A stretch of 19,142 nt of DNA from assembly GCA_051439505.1 (NCBI GenBank), contig JBFRWI010000082.1, forward strand, positions 1 through 19,142, written 5' to 3'. The notes under the pieces are model-generated. The model was not told the DNA's origin and made no database searches. It saw only the letters and a program-made list of their open reading frames with translations. This stretch comes from Hormoscilla sp. Its GTDB lineage: Bacteria; Cyanobacteriota; Cyanobacteriia; Cyanobacteriales; Desertifilaceae. Shown here piece by piece: positions 1 to 8,653 of the stretch (position 1 is its first letter; every line of letters starts with the position of its first letter). Position numbers and translations under genes: made by a program.

Positions 1-51
1 AAGAAATGCTACCATGCGATCAGGGTTATGTTAGACTACAGATAATGAGAA

Positions 52-1446
52 ATGCTATACCGAAAACTTGGGTGCGGAAAGTTCATAGTTCCTGGTTTAA
101 TTGTGGTAGCAGCAATGGTAGTGGTAACCTTAGCTCGTACTAAGCAGCTCATACGGCAAGCACCGTCGAGTTCACGACTGGTGCGAGGGGGGGGCGATCG
201 ACAATTGCCAGAGTCGGTCTCTGGTCGGCAGATGGAAGCGGCACCGTCGGGGAAACCGAAGCTACGCCCCCTGCCAAAGCCAGAACCAGCGATGGGGTTG
301 ATGCTTCCCACTCAAAGGGAAATTATAGCTAATTACGATCGGCTGATGGCAGGCTCATCACCCCTATCTATGCCACAGCTAACACCCGTTCTTGACCCCA
401 TACCCCCCCCGCTGCTGCCAGTGCCCTCGCGGGAGTTGACAATGCCGAAAGTGCCTGAAATTATATCTAACTACGATCGACTTTGGGCAGGCTCCATTCA
501 GCAGGAGACCCCCTCGTCCCTGACAGTCATTGCTAAAGCACCGGGCTTGACTCAAAAAGCGATCGCCTCCCCAAAACCGACAAAGCCGGTACCTCCTTTA
601 TTGTCTCCTGTAATTCCCTTGCCTCAATTGACGGGTGATGAGTTGCCGACGCGAGTATCCCAAGGAATAGTCAGGACTACCCTAGCAGGGAACAAGCCTA
701 GCTTAGACACCCAACCCAGCAGAGATCTACAGGTGTTTATACCAGACCAACTGCCTTTCGTGCCCTTACAAGGGCGCGAGCAACGCGCTCCGAGTATTGC
801 CGTTGGTACGCCATCGGCTTATGGCAAATCCTGGGGAAGTGCTAGTATTGGCTTGAGTTTACAATCGAGAACTCGTTTTACCAATACTGCCGATGGCGGA
901 GTGGGGATTGGCTTCGGATTGGGCGATCCCAAGGAAACGGTTGGTTTGGATGTCGGCGTGAACGTCCTCGATTTAATCGGGGATACTGCACAAGATGGCA
1001 GCATCAGCTTCAAGCTTCATCGCCGGTTGCCTCAGGATGTGGCTGTGGCTGTGGGAGTTAACAATGCTATCACTTGGGGTGACACCGATGGCGGTTCGAC
1101 GGTTTATGCGGTGGCCAGCAAGATGTTTCGCCTCACTGAGAGCGTTCAAGCTCCCTTGAGTCGCCTCTATGTTTCTGCTGGTCTGGGTGGCGGACAATAT
1201 CGTTCTGAATCTGATATTGACAATGATGTTAATTCAATTGGCTTGTTTGGCTCTGTGGCCGTGCAAGTGGTGCCGCAGATGCATGCGATCGCCGAATGGA
1301 CGGGTCAGGATTTGACAGTAGGAATATCTGTCGTTCCATTCCGGAACCTGCCCCTAGTGATTACGCCAGCAGTGACTGATATCACTGGTAATGCTGGTGA
1401 TGGCAGTAGATTTATTTTCGGGATTGGCTACGGATTTTCTTTTTAA
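52..1446 (+). CDS. Exported protein: Pro-rich N-terminal region plus C-terminal outer-membrane beta-barrel-like domain
   Basis: 464-aa ORF. It has an N-terminal hydrophobic segment (IVPGLIVVAAMVVVTLA), a Pro-rich linker and Gly/aromatic amphipathic strands. The end, FIFGIGYGFSF, has a terminal Phe resembling a beta-signal. Confidence 0.7.
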   Translation: MLYRKLGCGKFIVPGLIVVAAMVVVTLARTKQLIRQAPSSSRLVRGGGDRQLPESVSGRQMEAAPSGKPKLRPLPKPEPAMGLMLPTQREIIANYDRLMAGSSPLSMPQLTPVLDPIPPPLLPVPSRELTMPKVPEIISNYDRLWAGSIQQETPSSLTVIAKAPGLTQKAIASPKPTKPVPPLLSPVIPLPQLTGDELPTRVSQGIVRTTLAGNKPSLDTQPSRDLQVFIPDQLPFVPLQGREQRAPSIAVGTPSAYGKSWGSASIGLSLQSRTRFTNTADGGVGIGFGLGDPKETVGLDVGVNVLDLIGDTAQDGSISFKLHRRLPQDVAVAVGVNNAITWGDTDGGSTVYAVASKMFRLTESVQAPLSRLYVSAGLGGGQYRSESDIDNDVNSIGLFGSVAVQVVPQMHAIAEWTGQDLTVGISVVPFRNLPLVITPAVTDITGNAGDGSRFIFGIGYGFSF

Positions 1447-1458
1447 GTACAAACAATC

Positions 1459-2961
1459 ATGAAAATTGGTAAGGCATCAAAACTGCTAGGGTTGGCGATC
1501 GCGATTAACCTGATTGTCATCTCCATTCCACCCGTTTATCCTCAAAGTGGCAATCAGTCCGATATCACCGGTCCTAATCCCCTGGAAATTATCCCAGATA
1601 TTCCCCGCTCCGATCTACAAGAAATTCCCGTAGAGAGCACCAGTAGTAACATAGAAGTCGATCGCGATACTTTTGACAATCGCTTTTCCAAAGCTGATTT
1701 CAATCAAGCTGTCGAGCAATTTGAACAGCTGCAAGCATTCACCTATGCTCAACAGTTAGATATCAAGCTCTTTGGTCAAACGACTACACCTTGCGAAATA
1801 GCTGAATCTTTAGATTTATTATTTAGACAAACAAGTAAAAAGCCAGCACTGATTTATACTGTTTTGTTGGAGCAACAATTAGAATTGTTCCTGATTATTC
1901 CAACTGCTAGAGCTTGTGGTAAAAATTTTGCCAAACAAAATAGCACTCAGTACGTGCGAAAGGTGATTCCCAAAGCCAATCGCCGAGTTGTTAAACAGAT
2001 CGCCAATAAGTTGCGCGTTCAAGTGAGCAATCCGCGAAAAATTAGAACTACAAGTTACATGCCTTTTGCTAAACAGCTTTATGAATGGCTGATTGCGCCT
2101 TTGGAACCAGAGTTAACGGCAAATCAAATAGATACTTTGATTTTTTCAATGGACAAAGGTCTGCGTGCTTTTCCTATTGCTGCCCTCAACAATGGCGAAC
2201 AGTTTCTGATTGAAAAGTATGCTGTGGGTTTGATTCCCAGTTTTAGCCTCACTGATACTCGTTACCGTCCGATTAAAAACGCACGCCTGCTGGCCTTTGG
2301 CGTATCTGAAAGTACCCAGGGACAAACCCCCTTACCTGCTGTGGCTGTGGAATTGCCCATATTAAGGAATATTTGGGGAGGAAAGCAATTTATCAATCAA
2401 GCAGCGACTTTGGCTAACTTTGAGTCGCAAAACATTCAAGAACGCTTTAGCATTATTCATGTGGCAACTCATGCGGAATTTCAACCAGGGAAAATTGATA
2501 ATTCTTACATTCAGTTTTGGAACGAAAAATTGAAGTTGGATCGACTCAGGCAACTGTCAGAAAAATCTCAGTGGAGTGCAGATTCAAAGGTAGAACTGCT
2601 GGTTCTGAGTGCCTGTAGAACGGCCCTGGGAAATGAACAAGCAGAATTGGGATTTGCTGGTTTGGCTTTACAAGCAGGGGTGAAGACGGCAGTTGGTAGC
2701 CTTTGGTATGTCAGCGATCGGGGTTCCCTGGCCCTGATGAGTGAATTTTATCATCAGTTGCAAACTGCTCCCCTGAAAACTGAGGCTTTGAGACAGGCCC
2801 AGTTGGCTATGCTGAAAGAACAAGTCCTCATTAAAGATGGACAGTTACTACTGCCCGATCGGGCGATCCCTATCCCTGAAGAAATTGCTGGTACTGGCCT
2901 GACCTCTCTCTCTCATCCTTACTTTTGGTCCGCTTTCACGGTCATTGGCAATTGGAATTAG
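1459..2961 (+). CDS. CHAT domain (caspase-like HetF family) protein with N-terminal signal/TM segment
   Basis: Contains IIHVATHAEF (catalytic His), LLVLSACRTA (catalytic Cys), GSLWYVSD and HPYFWSAFTVIGNW. Starts 12 bp after the previous ORF, so likely co-transcribed. Confidence 0.93.
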   Translation: MKIGKASKLLGLAIAINLIVISIPPVYPQSGNQSDITGPNPLEIIPDIPRSDLQEIPVESTSSNIEVDRDTFDNRFSKADFNQAVEQFEQLQAFTYAQQLDIKLFGQTTTPCEIAESLDLLFRQTSKKPALIYTVLLEQQLELFLIIPTARACGKNFAKQNSTQYVRKVIPKANRRVVKQIANKLRVQVSNPRKIRTTSYMPFAKQLYEWLIAPLEPELTANQIDTLIFSMDKGLRAFPIAALNNGEQFLIEKYAVGLIPSFSLTDTRYRPIKNARLLAFGVSESTQGQTPLPAVAVELPILRNIWGGKQFINQAATLANFESQNIQERFSIIHVATHAEFQPGKIDNSYIQFWNEKLKLDRLRQLSEKSQWSADSKVELLVLSACRTALGNEQAELGFAGLALQAGVKTAVGSLWYVSDRGSLALMSEFYHQLQTAPLKTEALRQAQLAMLKEQVLIKDGQLLLPDRAIPIPEEIAGTGLTSLSHPYFWSAFTVIGNWN

Positions 2962-2978
2962 TTGTTAGTTGTTAGTTG
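2958..2978. repeat. Heptamer tandem repeat (TTAGTTG)x3, STRR type
   Basis: Read directly from the sequence; overlaps the CHAT stop codon. Confidence 0.85.
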
Positions 2979-3027
2979 TCAGCGGTCACGGGAACCGCTG
3001 GGGGAATTTTCGATTAGTCTCGTGGTC

Positions 3028-3157
3028 CGCCGGGGGTTAAAACCCCCGGCGTTACCAGGCGGAGCCAGGTAACGAGGCTTAAGTGGGTTAAAACCGACTC
3101 TTATGCCCGATCTAGAAAGCGTTTTTCCCTCGTTTCCAGGCTCTGCCTGGGAACGAT
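3028..3157. repeat. Cluster of REP-like palindromes between convergent genes
   Basis: CGCCGGGGG-TTAAAA-CCCCCGGCG at 3028-3051. GTTACCAGGC..GCCAGGTAAC lies at ~3051-3073 and CTCGTTTCCAGGCTCTGCCTGGGAACG at ~3129-3156. A related copy lies at ~14293-14321. Confidence 0.7.
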
Positions 3158-3210
3158 TTTTCTAGAGGCTCTGCCTCTAGTTGACAATGGTGCAAGATGT
3201 GATATGCATC

Positions 3211-4137
3211 CTATTTATCATTAGTAAATGGCGGAATTCCTGCGAGATCGAGGATTTTGGGGATCGCATCTTCTCGCTTGACTGCCATCAGGTGGACTCC
3301 TTGACATAACTGGCGCGCGATCGTCACTTGTTCGGCTGCTATTTTGATGCCTTCCTGTAGGGGGTCTGCTGCTGCTGCTAAACGGTCGATAATCTCCGAA
3401 GGAATGTGAACGCCGGGGACTTTCCGATTGATGAAATTGGCGTTTTTCGCTGATTTGAGCAGAAATATTCCCGCTAGTATGGGTTTGTCAACTCCGGCGG
3501 CAATTTGAGTCATGAACTTTTCTAAGCGATCGAAATCCGTAATCAGCTGGCTTTGGAAAAACTGCGCCCCCGCTGCTAATTTCTTTTCAAACCGACTCTG
3601 TAAACCGGACCAGCTTTTCAGTTGCGGATCGACTGCGGCACCTACAAATAAGTCTAAAGCACCATCTGGGAGTGGCTTTTCATTGGCATCTATGCCGCGA
3701 TTCAGTTTATCAATTAACTGGAGTAAGCGCACTGATTCTACGTCGAAGACTCCTTTCCCATCCGGATGATCCCCTGCTTTCATCGGGTCTCCTGTTAAGG
3801 CTAATATGTTATGAATCCCCAATGCATGTGCCCCCATCAGGTCTGCTTGCAAACCTATGCGGTTGCGATCGCGACAAGCTACCTGACATACTGGTTCAAT
3901 TCCGGACTGCAATAAAATCACTGATGCTGCTAGGGGACACATCCGCAGCACCGCCCGACTGCCATCGGTAATATTCACTGCATGGACTCTACCTTTGAGC
4001 AGTTGCGCCATTTTTACCATATGTGCTGGATCCCCTCCCTTGGGTGGCGCTATCTCTGCTGTGAGCAGAAATTCTCCAGCAGCAGCAGCTGCACGCAATG
4101 ATTTTTGGGGTTTTAACTCTTGACTTAAATCGGTCAT
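3211..4137 (-). CDS. metF: 5,10-methylenetetrahydrofolate reductase
   Basis: Motifs TAEIAPPKG, NITDGSRA, CRDRNRIGLQ, NILALTGD and AGAQFFQSQ match the MTHFR family. Confidence 0.95.
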   Translation of the reverse strand: MTDLSQELKPQKSLRAAAAAGEFLLTAEIAPPKGGDPAHMVKMAQLLKGRVHAVNITDGSRAVLRMCPLAASVILLQSGIEPVCQVACRDRNRIGLQADLMGAHALGIHNILALTGDPMKAGDHPDGKGVFDVESVRLLQLIDKLNRGIDANEKPLPDGALDLFVGAAVDPQLKSWSGLQSRFEKKLAAGAQFFQSQLITDFDRLEKFMTQIAAGVDKPILAGIFLLKSAKNANFINRKVPGVHIPSEIIDRLAAAADPLQEGIKIAAEQVTIARQLCQGVHLMAVKREDAIPKILDLAGIPPFTNDK

Positions 4138-4180
4138 TGTGCTTATGAGTGATATTACAATTCTCTAGTATACACCCCGA

Positions 4181-4230
4181 GGACATGGTGGGCGGTGTTT
4201 TAGGACATGGTGGGCGGTGCCCACCCTACG
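4181..4230. repeat. GTAG-type REP (minus strand CGTAGGGTGGGCACCGCCCACC) with a 17-bp local duplication
   Basis: GGACATGGTGGGCGGTG occurs at 4181 and 4203. The full palindrome is at 4209-4230, with further copies at 5873-5891 and 7170-7191. Confidence 0.8.
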
Positions 4231-4270
4231 TTATGGCGAATATTATCGCGATTTTTACATTTGGCGATCG

Positions 4271-4521
4271 CTATCCTATTTTAAGCGATCGCCTGGCCAG
4301 TTTACCATAGGTTTTCACGGTTTCGTAAGGCATTTCTAAATCGGTGGCTATCTCCTGTAAGGATTCGCCAAATTCTTGCCTTGCTAGAATTGTAGCTCGA
4401 ATAAGCCAAGCGTTCCAGGCCCGATCGCCTCCGGGGCGTTTCTGACTAAAAACTTTAAACTCCCAACCAAGTGATAATGATGCCGTGGGGTCCGCGTCAG
4501 GCGATTGTCATTTGCCAGCAT
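4271..4521 (-). pseudogene. Frameshifted sigma-70 region-4-like helix-turn-helix gene
   Basis: A minus-strand frame with no start codon reads ...KRPGGDRAWNAWLIRATILARQEFGESLQEIATDLEMPYETVKTYGKLARRSLKIG* (stop at 4271-4273). It joins ATG 4521 only via a -1 shift near 4448-4459. It is not in the ORF track. Confidence 0.6.
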
Positions 4522-4834
4522 GGGTATGTTCAGCTTGGGACTTACTGCTAAGTCTATTTTATCAGATAAATAGCGCCTGCGTCAACATTTTTCCTCTCAT
4601 ACAGTCCCGATCGCATCTGGTGGAATGCTCTGGCCGAAATTGCCCGATCGCCCTGGGCAAGGCACCGGCGACAATATGACATTCTTTTTTTGACTGTTTC
4701 TATTTTTTATGGTTGTGGATGCCCTAAAGTATCACAGAGCAATGGTTTTGGCTATGGTAACTTACGTAAATACAGTGTTTTTCACGAATGTCAGACTACA
4801 GAAAGAAAAAAATAAGAAAAATATGGAAAAAGGC

Positions 4835-4863
4835 TTGACAAATCATTTTTCTGAACTTACCAT
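4835..4863 (+). promoter_or_regulatory. sigma70-type promoter for the methyltransferase
   Basis: TTGACA-17 nt-TACCAT with an A-rich upstream tract; AGAGGA RBS at ~4919. Confidence 0.65.
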
Positions 4864-4933
4864 AGTTACAGGAATGTGAGCGATCGCGGCCCTGAAACTT
4901 ATTTGCTGTTCCGTTAGTAGAGGAAAATCTCAG

Positions 4934-5749
4934 ATGAAAACAAGCACGATAACAGAAAGAAATTATCTTCCAGGGGAGGAAGAACGACTAACATCCCTAG
5001 TTGCCGAATATGGAGTACACTTAGAGCAAAGAAATTTGGATATCTACAGCGATATCGGATTAGAAGGGTGGTGGGGAGCCAATGGCATTCATCATGCTTT
5101 GCATGACATGAATCCCATTAGAGGGGGATTTGTCATAGATTTACTCAAAAGGTTTGACATTGTCCCTCCTAAAGGAATAATTGAAGTTGGTTGTGGCGGC
5201 GGTATATTTTGCGAATATCTTGCGAAGCAGGGATATCAAGTGCTCGGTGTTGATATGTCAAGGGGAGCAATAAAAGTGGCCCAGGAGCACGCTGTTATTG
5301 CCAATGTGCCAGTAGAGTATCAAGTGAGTAATGTTTATGAGTTACCCTTTGAGGATGAAAGCTTTGATGTCGTGATGTCTAGTAACTTTCTCCAACATGT
5401 AGAAGATTTAGTAACTGCTTTTTCCCAAATGTCGAGAATCCTCAAAAAAGGCGGCCTGTTTATCTTTGATACGATTTCCCGGAATGAATATTCTGTGACC
5501 AACTTCATGAAGTTAGAGGCGGAAGGGATTATTATTCCTGGCGCTCACGAACCATTGCTGCTTATAAAGCCAGAGGAAGTGGAGAGTTTAGCAAAACAGT
5601 TTGGGATTGCACTTGCTGCCGATGTTAACAATCCTTTTGGGTTGATTATTGAGGCGATCGAATGTATTGATGGCAAGTTTCAACTGCAGAAAGTTACCCA
5701 AAAGGAGACTTTACAAAATTATATTGGCTATGGCATTAAGACTGGGTAG
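4934..5749 (+). CDS. Class I SAM-dependent methyltransferase, UbiG-like
   Basis: Motif I is IEVGCGGG, followed by GVDMS and ELPFEDESFDVV. UbiG-like segments include WW..G...LHDMNPIR, GGLFIFDTISRN and GAHEP..LIKPEE. Confidence 0.88.
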   Translation: MKTSTITERNYLPGEEERLTSLVAEYGVHLEQRNLDIYSDIGLEGWWGANGIHHALHDMNPIRGGFVIDLLKRFDIVPPKGIIEVGCGGGIFCEYLAKQGYQVLGVDMSRGAIKVAQEHAVIANVPVEYQVSNVYELPFEDESFDVVMSSNFLQHVEDLVTAFSQMSRILKKGGLFIFDTISRNEYSVTNFMKLEAEGIIIPGAHEPLLLIKPEEVESLAKQFGIALAADVNNPFGLIIEAIECIDGKFQLQKVTQKETLQNYIGYGIKTG

Positions 5750-5763
5750 AACCGATCCTTGCC

Positions 5764-5837
5764 GAAGTAAAGATTGAACTTGGTAATCCATTATTCGCCA
5801 ATCAGGATTGCCACGTCATCTTTTTGAGGTGATATAA
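5764..5837 (+). pseudogene. 3' remnant of a hicA toxin gene
   Basis: Encodes SIIRQSGLPRHLFEVI*, nearly identical to the C-terminus SIIRQSGLPRYLFEIDS* of the hicA at 9757-10085. The upstream part has an indel and a stop. Confidence 0.7.
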
Positions 5838-5872
5838 TCACTAAAGTCGATCGCGCGATCGAGAAAGCGTTT

Positions 5873-5964
5873 GTAGTGGGCACCGCCCACCATTCGCAGG
5901 CCAAGTAGCTGCCAACGGGTTTTGACCACATCCCGCTGGTTGGGTTGAGGTCCCTTACCCAACC
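5873..5964. repeat. Two REP-like palindromes
   Basis: GTAGTGGGCACCGCCCACC at 5873-5891 and GGTTGGGTTGAGGTCCCTTACCCAACC at ~5938-5964. Confidence 0.65.
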
Positions 5965-6010
5965 GACGACATATTTTTGCAAATATAATTGGCGATTTCC
6001 TTAAAAAGCA

Positions 6011-6039
6011 TTGACAAAAATTTGCTCGGCATTTACTAT
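6011..6039 (+). promoter_or_regulatory. Near-consensus sigma70 promoter
   Basis: TTGACA-17 nt-TACTAT; no plus-strand ORF in the track until 6432. Confidence 0.7.
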
Positions 6040-6045
6040 AGCTAT

Positions 6046-6235
6046 ATGGCTGTTACTACGGCCACTCTGTACCTGGAAAATTTAATAACAGGTTCACGCT
6101 CGTTTCATTATTCGCCTAGCCCGGGATCTGGGGGCGCGATCGCTCGTTGCTAGGGATAGGTTTCATCCGCCTCCATGCTATTAGGCGATCGCCTTGCGGT
6201 GAGTAGGGTAGCATCGCCCCCGGGTACTCTAGCAG
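6046..6235 (+). ncRNA. Candidate structured non-coding RNA or leader (unassigned family)
   Basis: It begins with a 5' hairpin TGGCTGT-TACT-ACGGCCA and a boxA-like GTACCTGGAAAATTTAATA. An 11-bp stem (6126-6136/6215-6225) then encloses three hairpins. Confidence 0.35.
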
Positions 6236-6282
6236 TGCTGTGGCTGTGGAAAAAATGCGATCGCATTAGCAGTCATGGCTTT

Positions 6283-6310
6283 TAACTATACCATAGTTAG
6301 TGATATAATG
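6283..6310 (+). promoter_or_regulatory. Inverted repeat plus extended -10 upstream of the MNT-HEPN pair
   Basis: TAACTAT-ACC-ATAGTTA followed by TGA-TATAAT (6305-6310). Confidence 0.45.
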
Positions 6311-6431
6311 ATGGTAAGGCAGGTTGCTTGAATAGGGGGCAGGGCAAGATTATCGGTTCATGGAAAAATGTAACAAAGGCCGGACACCGGGCGGGCGATC
6401 GGAAGATGAGGAAAATTAAGGAATCGTAAAA

Positions 6432-6719
6432 ATGAATCTGGAAAAATTACACCAATACCGTGACGAGATCCTGAAATTAGCGGGAGAATATCATTCAGCA
6501 AACGTGCGGGTGTTCGGTTCCGTGGCGAGGGGAGAAGCAACCGAAACCAGCGATGTTGATTTGCTCATAGACCGGACTCCCGAACAGGATTTATTTGATT
6601 TTATTCGCTTTGTTCGCGCATTGGAAGAACTTTTGGGGTGCCAAGTTGACGTGGTACATAGCAGCGCCTTGCATCACTCGATTCGAGAGCAGGTTTTACA
6701 AGAGGCGATCGCTTTATGA
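6432..6719 (+). CDS. mntA: Minimal nucleotidyltransferase antitoxin (MntA-like, type VII TA)
   Basis: FGSVARGEATETSDVDL fits GSX10DXD; 95 aa; ATGA overlap with the next gene. Confidence 0.9.
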   Translation: MNLEKLHQYRDEILKLAGEYHSANVRVFGSVARGEATETSDVDLLIDRTPEQDLFDFIRFVRALEELLGCQVDVVHSSALHHSIREQVLQEAIAL

Positions 6720-7078
6720 GTTCATCATCTAAAAGTCCATTGTTTTTTCTGTATCATATCAAAGAATCTATTGAAGCGATCGCCTGTTATATTCAAGAGG
6801 GAGGTAAGGAAGCATTTTTGCACAAGCGCATGGTGCAAATGGCGGTTTTGCACGAACTCGTAATTATTGGAGAAGCAGCGAATAACCTATCAGATGAATT
6901 GAAAGCTAGCTATTCTCAAATTCCTTGGCGAGACATCGTAGATTTCCGGAATGTGCTTGCACACCATTATTGGGGAGTGGATCTAGAAGTAGTGTGGAAG
7001 ATTATTGAAGAAGGGGATAAGTTACCATTACTGCGATCGCAAGTGCAAGCAATAATTGATGACTTAGAAAAGCAATAA
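6716..7078 (+). CDS. hepT: HEPN/DUF86 ribonuclease toxin (HepT-like)
   Basis: Contains IIGEAA, IPWRDIVDFRNVLAHHYWGVD (RX4HXY) and VW; translationally coupled to the MNT gene. Confidence 0.9.
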   Translation: MSSSSKSPLFFLYHIKESIEAIACYIQEGGKEAFLHKRMVQMAVLHELVIIGEAANNLSDELKASYSQIPWRDIVDFRNVLAHHYWGVDLEVVWKIIEEGDKLPLLRSQVQAIIDDLEKQ

Positions 7079-7169
7079 TGCCGTTCCATGAATTACCATC
7101 GCGGTCAAAACCAGTGTTGATGGGATTCCCCCCTGACATCAGTGAACTAGAACTATATTAATAGCTTCA

Positions 7170-7210
7170 GGTGGGCGATGCCCACCCTACGAACTACTGC
7201 CCACCCTACA
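7170..7210. repeat. GTAG-type REP copy with partial duplication
   Basis: GGTGGGCGATGCCCACCCTACG matches 4209-4230 at 21/22 and is followed by a second TGCCCACCCTAC. Confidence 0.8.
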
Positions 7211-7214
7211 TACT

Positions 7215-8222
7215 TTATAATGGTTGCGAGTAACCTAGGGCTGTTTTGACTTCTGCCAGGGTTTGGTTGGCGATCGCCTCTGCTTTTTCCCTGCCCGATC
7301 GCAGCACCGACTCCAGATATCCCTTCTCAGCCATTATTTGCTGATACTTTTCCTGAATTGGCTGCAACGCCTGAATTACCGTCTCCGTCAGCAAGGGCTT
7401 AAATTGACCCCATCCCATATCCTGACATTCGGCTGCCACATCTGACTTACCTTTTCCAGATAGCAGCATATAAAGTGTCAACAGATTATGACATTCCGGA
7501 CGTTCCGGGTTGTCAAACTCCAAACCCCGCACCGGATCCGTCTTGCAGCGCTTAATCTTTTTCGCGATCGCCTCTTTAGGGTCTAGCAAATTGATCCGAC
7601 TCAGTTCCGAGGGGTCTGACTTAGACATTTTCTTCGTCCCATCGGTCAAACTCATCACCCGCGCCCCTTCTTTACGGATGATTGGTTCTGGTAATTTCAA
7701 AATCGTCTGACCCTGTCCGAACTGGTGGTTAAACCTGACTGCTATGTCCCGAGTCAGTTCCAAATGTTGCTTCTGGTCCTCTCCCACTGGCACCTTATCC
7801 GCTTGGTACAGCAAGATATCTGCTGCCATCAGTACCGGATAGTCTAGCAACCCCGTCCCGACATTTTCCCCTTGCTTCACTGCTTTTTCCTTAAACTGGA
7901 TCATGTCTGACAGCCAGTTTAGCGGTGTAATACAATTTAGTAGCCAGGTGAGTTCGCTGTGAGCCGATATATGGGACTGGACAAAAATTGTACTATATGT
8001 TAAGTCTATACCGCAAGCTAGATAGAGGGCGGCTATAGTATAGGTATCGGCTGCTAGGGTCGCTGGGTTGTGAGGTACCGTGATCGCGTGTAAATCTACC
8101 ACGCAGAAGTAATTTTCATAACTACTCTGTCCTTCTACCCAGTTGCGAATGGCACCGATATAGTTACCCAGATGGAGATTGCCGGTTGGTTGAACTCCCG
8201 AAAGAATACGTTGCTTACTCAT
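7215..8222 (-). CDS. trpS: Tryptophan--tRNA ligase
   Basis: Contains SGVQPTGNLHLGNY (HIGH-like), YPVLMAADIL, VPVGEDQKQHLE and KMSKS. Confidence 0.98.
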   Translation of the reverse strand: MSKQRILSGVQPTGNLHLGNYIGAIRNWVEGQSSYENYFCVVDLHAITVPHNPATLAADTYTIAALYLACGIDLTYSTIFVQSHISAHSELTWLLNCITPLNWLSDMIQFKEKAVKQGENVGTGLLDYPVLMAADILLYQADKVPVGEDQKQHLELTRDIAVRFNHQFGQGQTILKLPEPIIRKEGARVMSLTDGTKKMSKSDPSELSRINLLDPKEAIAKKIKRCKTDPVRGLEFDNPERPECHNLLTLYMLLSGKGKSDVAAECQDMGWGQFKPLLTETVIQALQPIQEKYQQIMAEKGYLESVLRSGREKAEAIANQTLAEVKTALGYSQPL

Positions 8223-8502
8223 AAATAGTTCTTTGCGATCGTTAAGCTGCCTGTGTACTACATTAACTAGATATAATACATCAATCGGCGTTGCACAACA
8301 ACACCGATTGATTTGGGTTGAAAATAGAAAATTGTGAATGGTAAATTGAAATAGTTATAACTGTTCATAAAAAGACCAATAAGGGCTTTTAAATTTTCCG
8401 TTTTAAATTTGCAATTTGCAACCATAACACCGATTTATGTTGACATTCACCATACAGAGTGACCGACCATGGTGAATAAATGTTAATATCTGGCAATATT
8501 TG

Positions 8503-8540
8503 GCCATTAGCCATTAGCCATTAGCCATTAGCCATTAGCC
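8503..8540. repeat. Heptamer tandem repeat (GCCATTA)x5, STRR type
   Basis: Read directly in the divergent intergenic region upstream of trpS. Confidence 0.9.
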
Positions 8541-8653
8541 TTTAACATATCTTACTCTAGATAGGGCAAATTCTCACTTTTTTGAAGTTATGTTAAGCTA
8601 TAATACCTATATTAGCAGTCAAGCCAGACATAGTCATATTTGTCTAGATAATA

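Noticed and set aside
4934..5749. Assigning the symbol ubiG
   Set aside because: The similarity is motif-level only and ubiquinone synthesis is not expected in cyanobacteria.
6046..6235. tRNA, SRP RNA, 6S RNA or Cas12k tracrRNA
   Set aside because: It lacks the tRNA D/T-loop consensus and the SRP GGAA/AGCAG loop, and has no resemblance I can recognise to cyanobacterial 6S or CAST tracrRNA. It is kept only as an unassigned candidate.
4858..6299. Shared 11-mer TACCATAGTTA at 4858 and 6289 as a common operator
   Set aside because: There are only two short AT-rich copies, one of which is simply a -10 element, so chance cannot be excluded.
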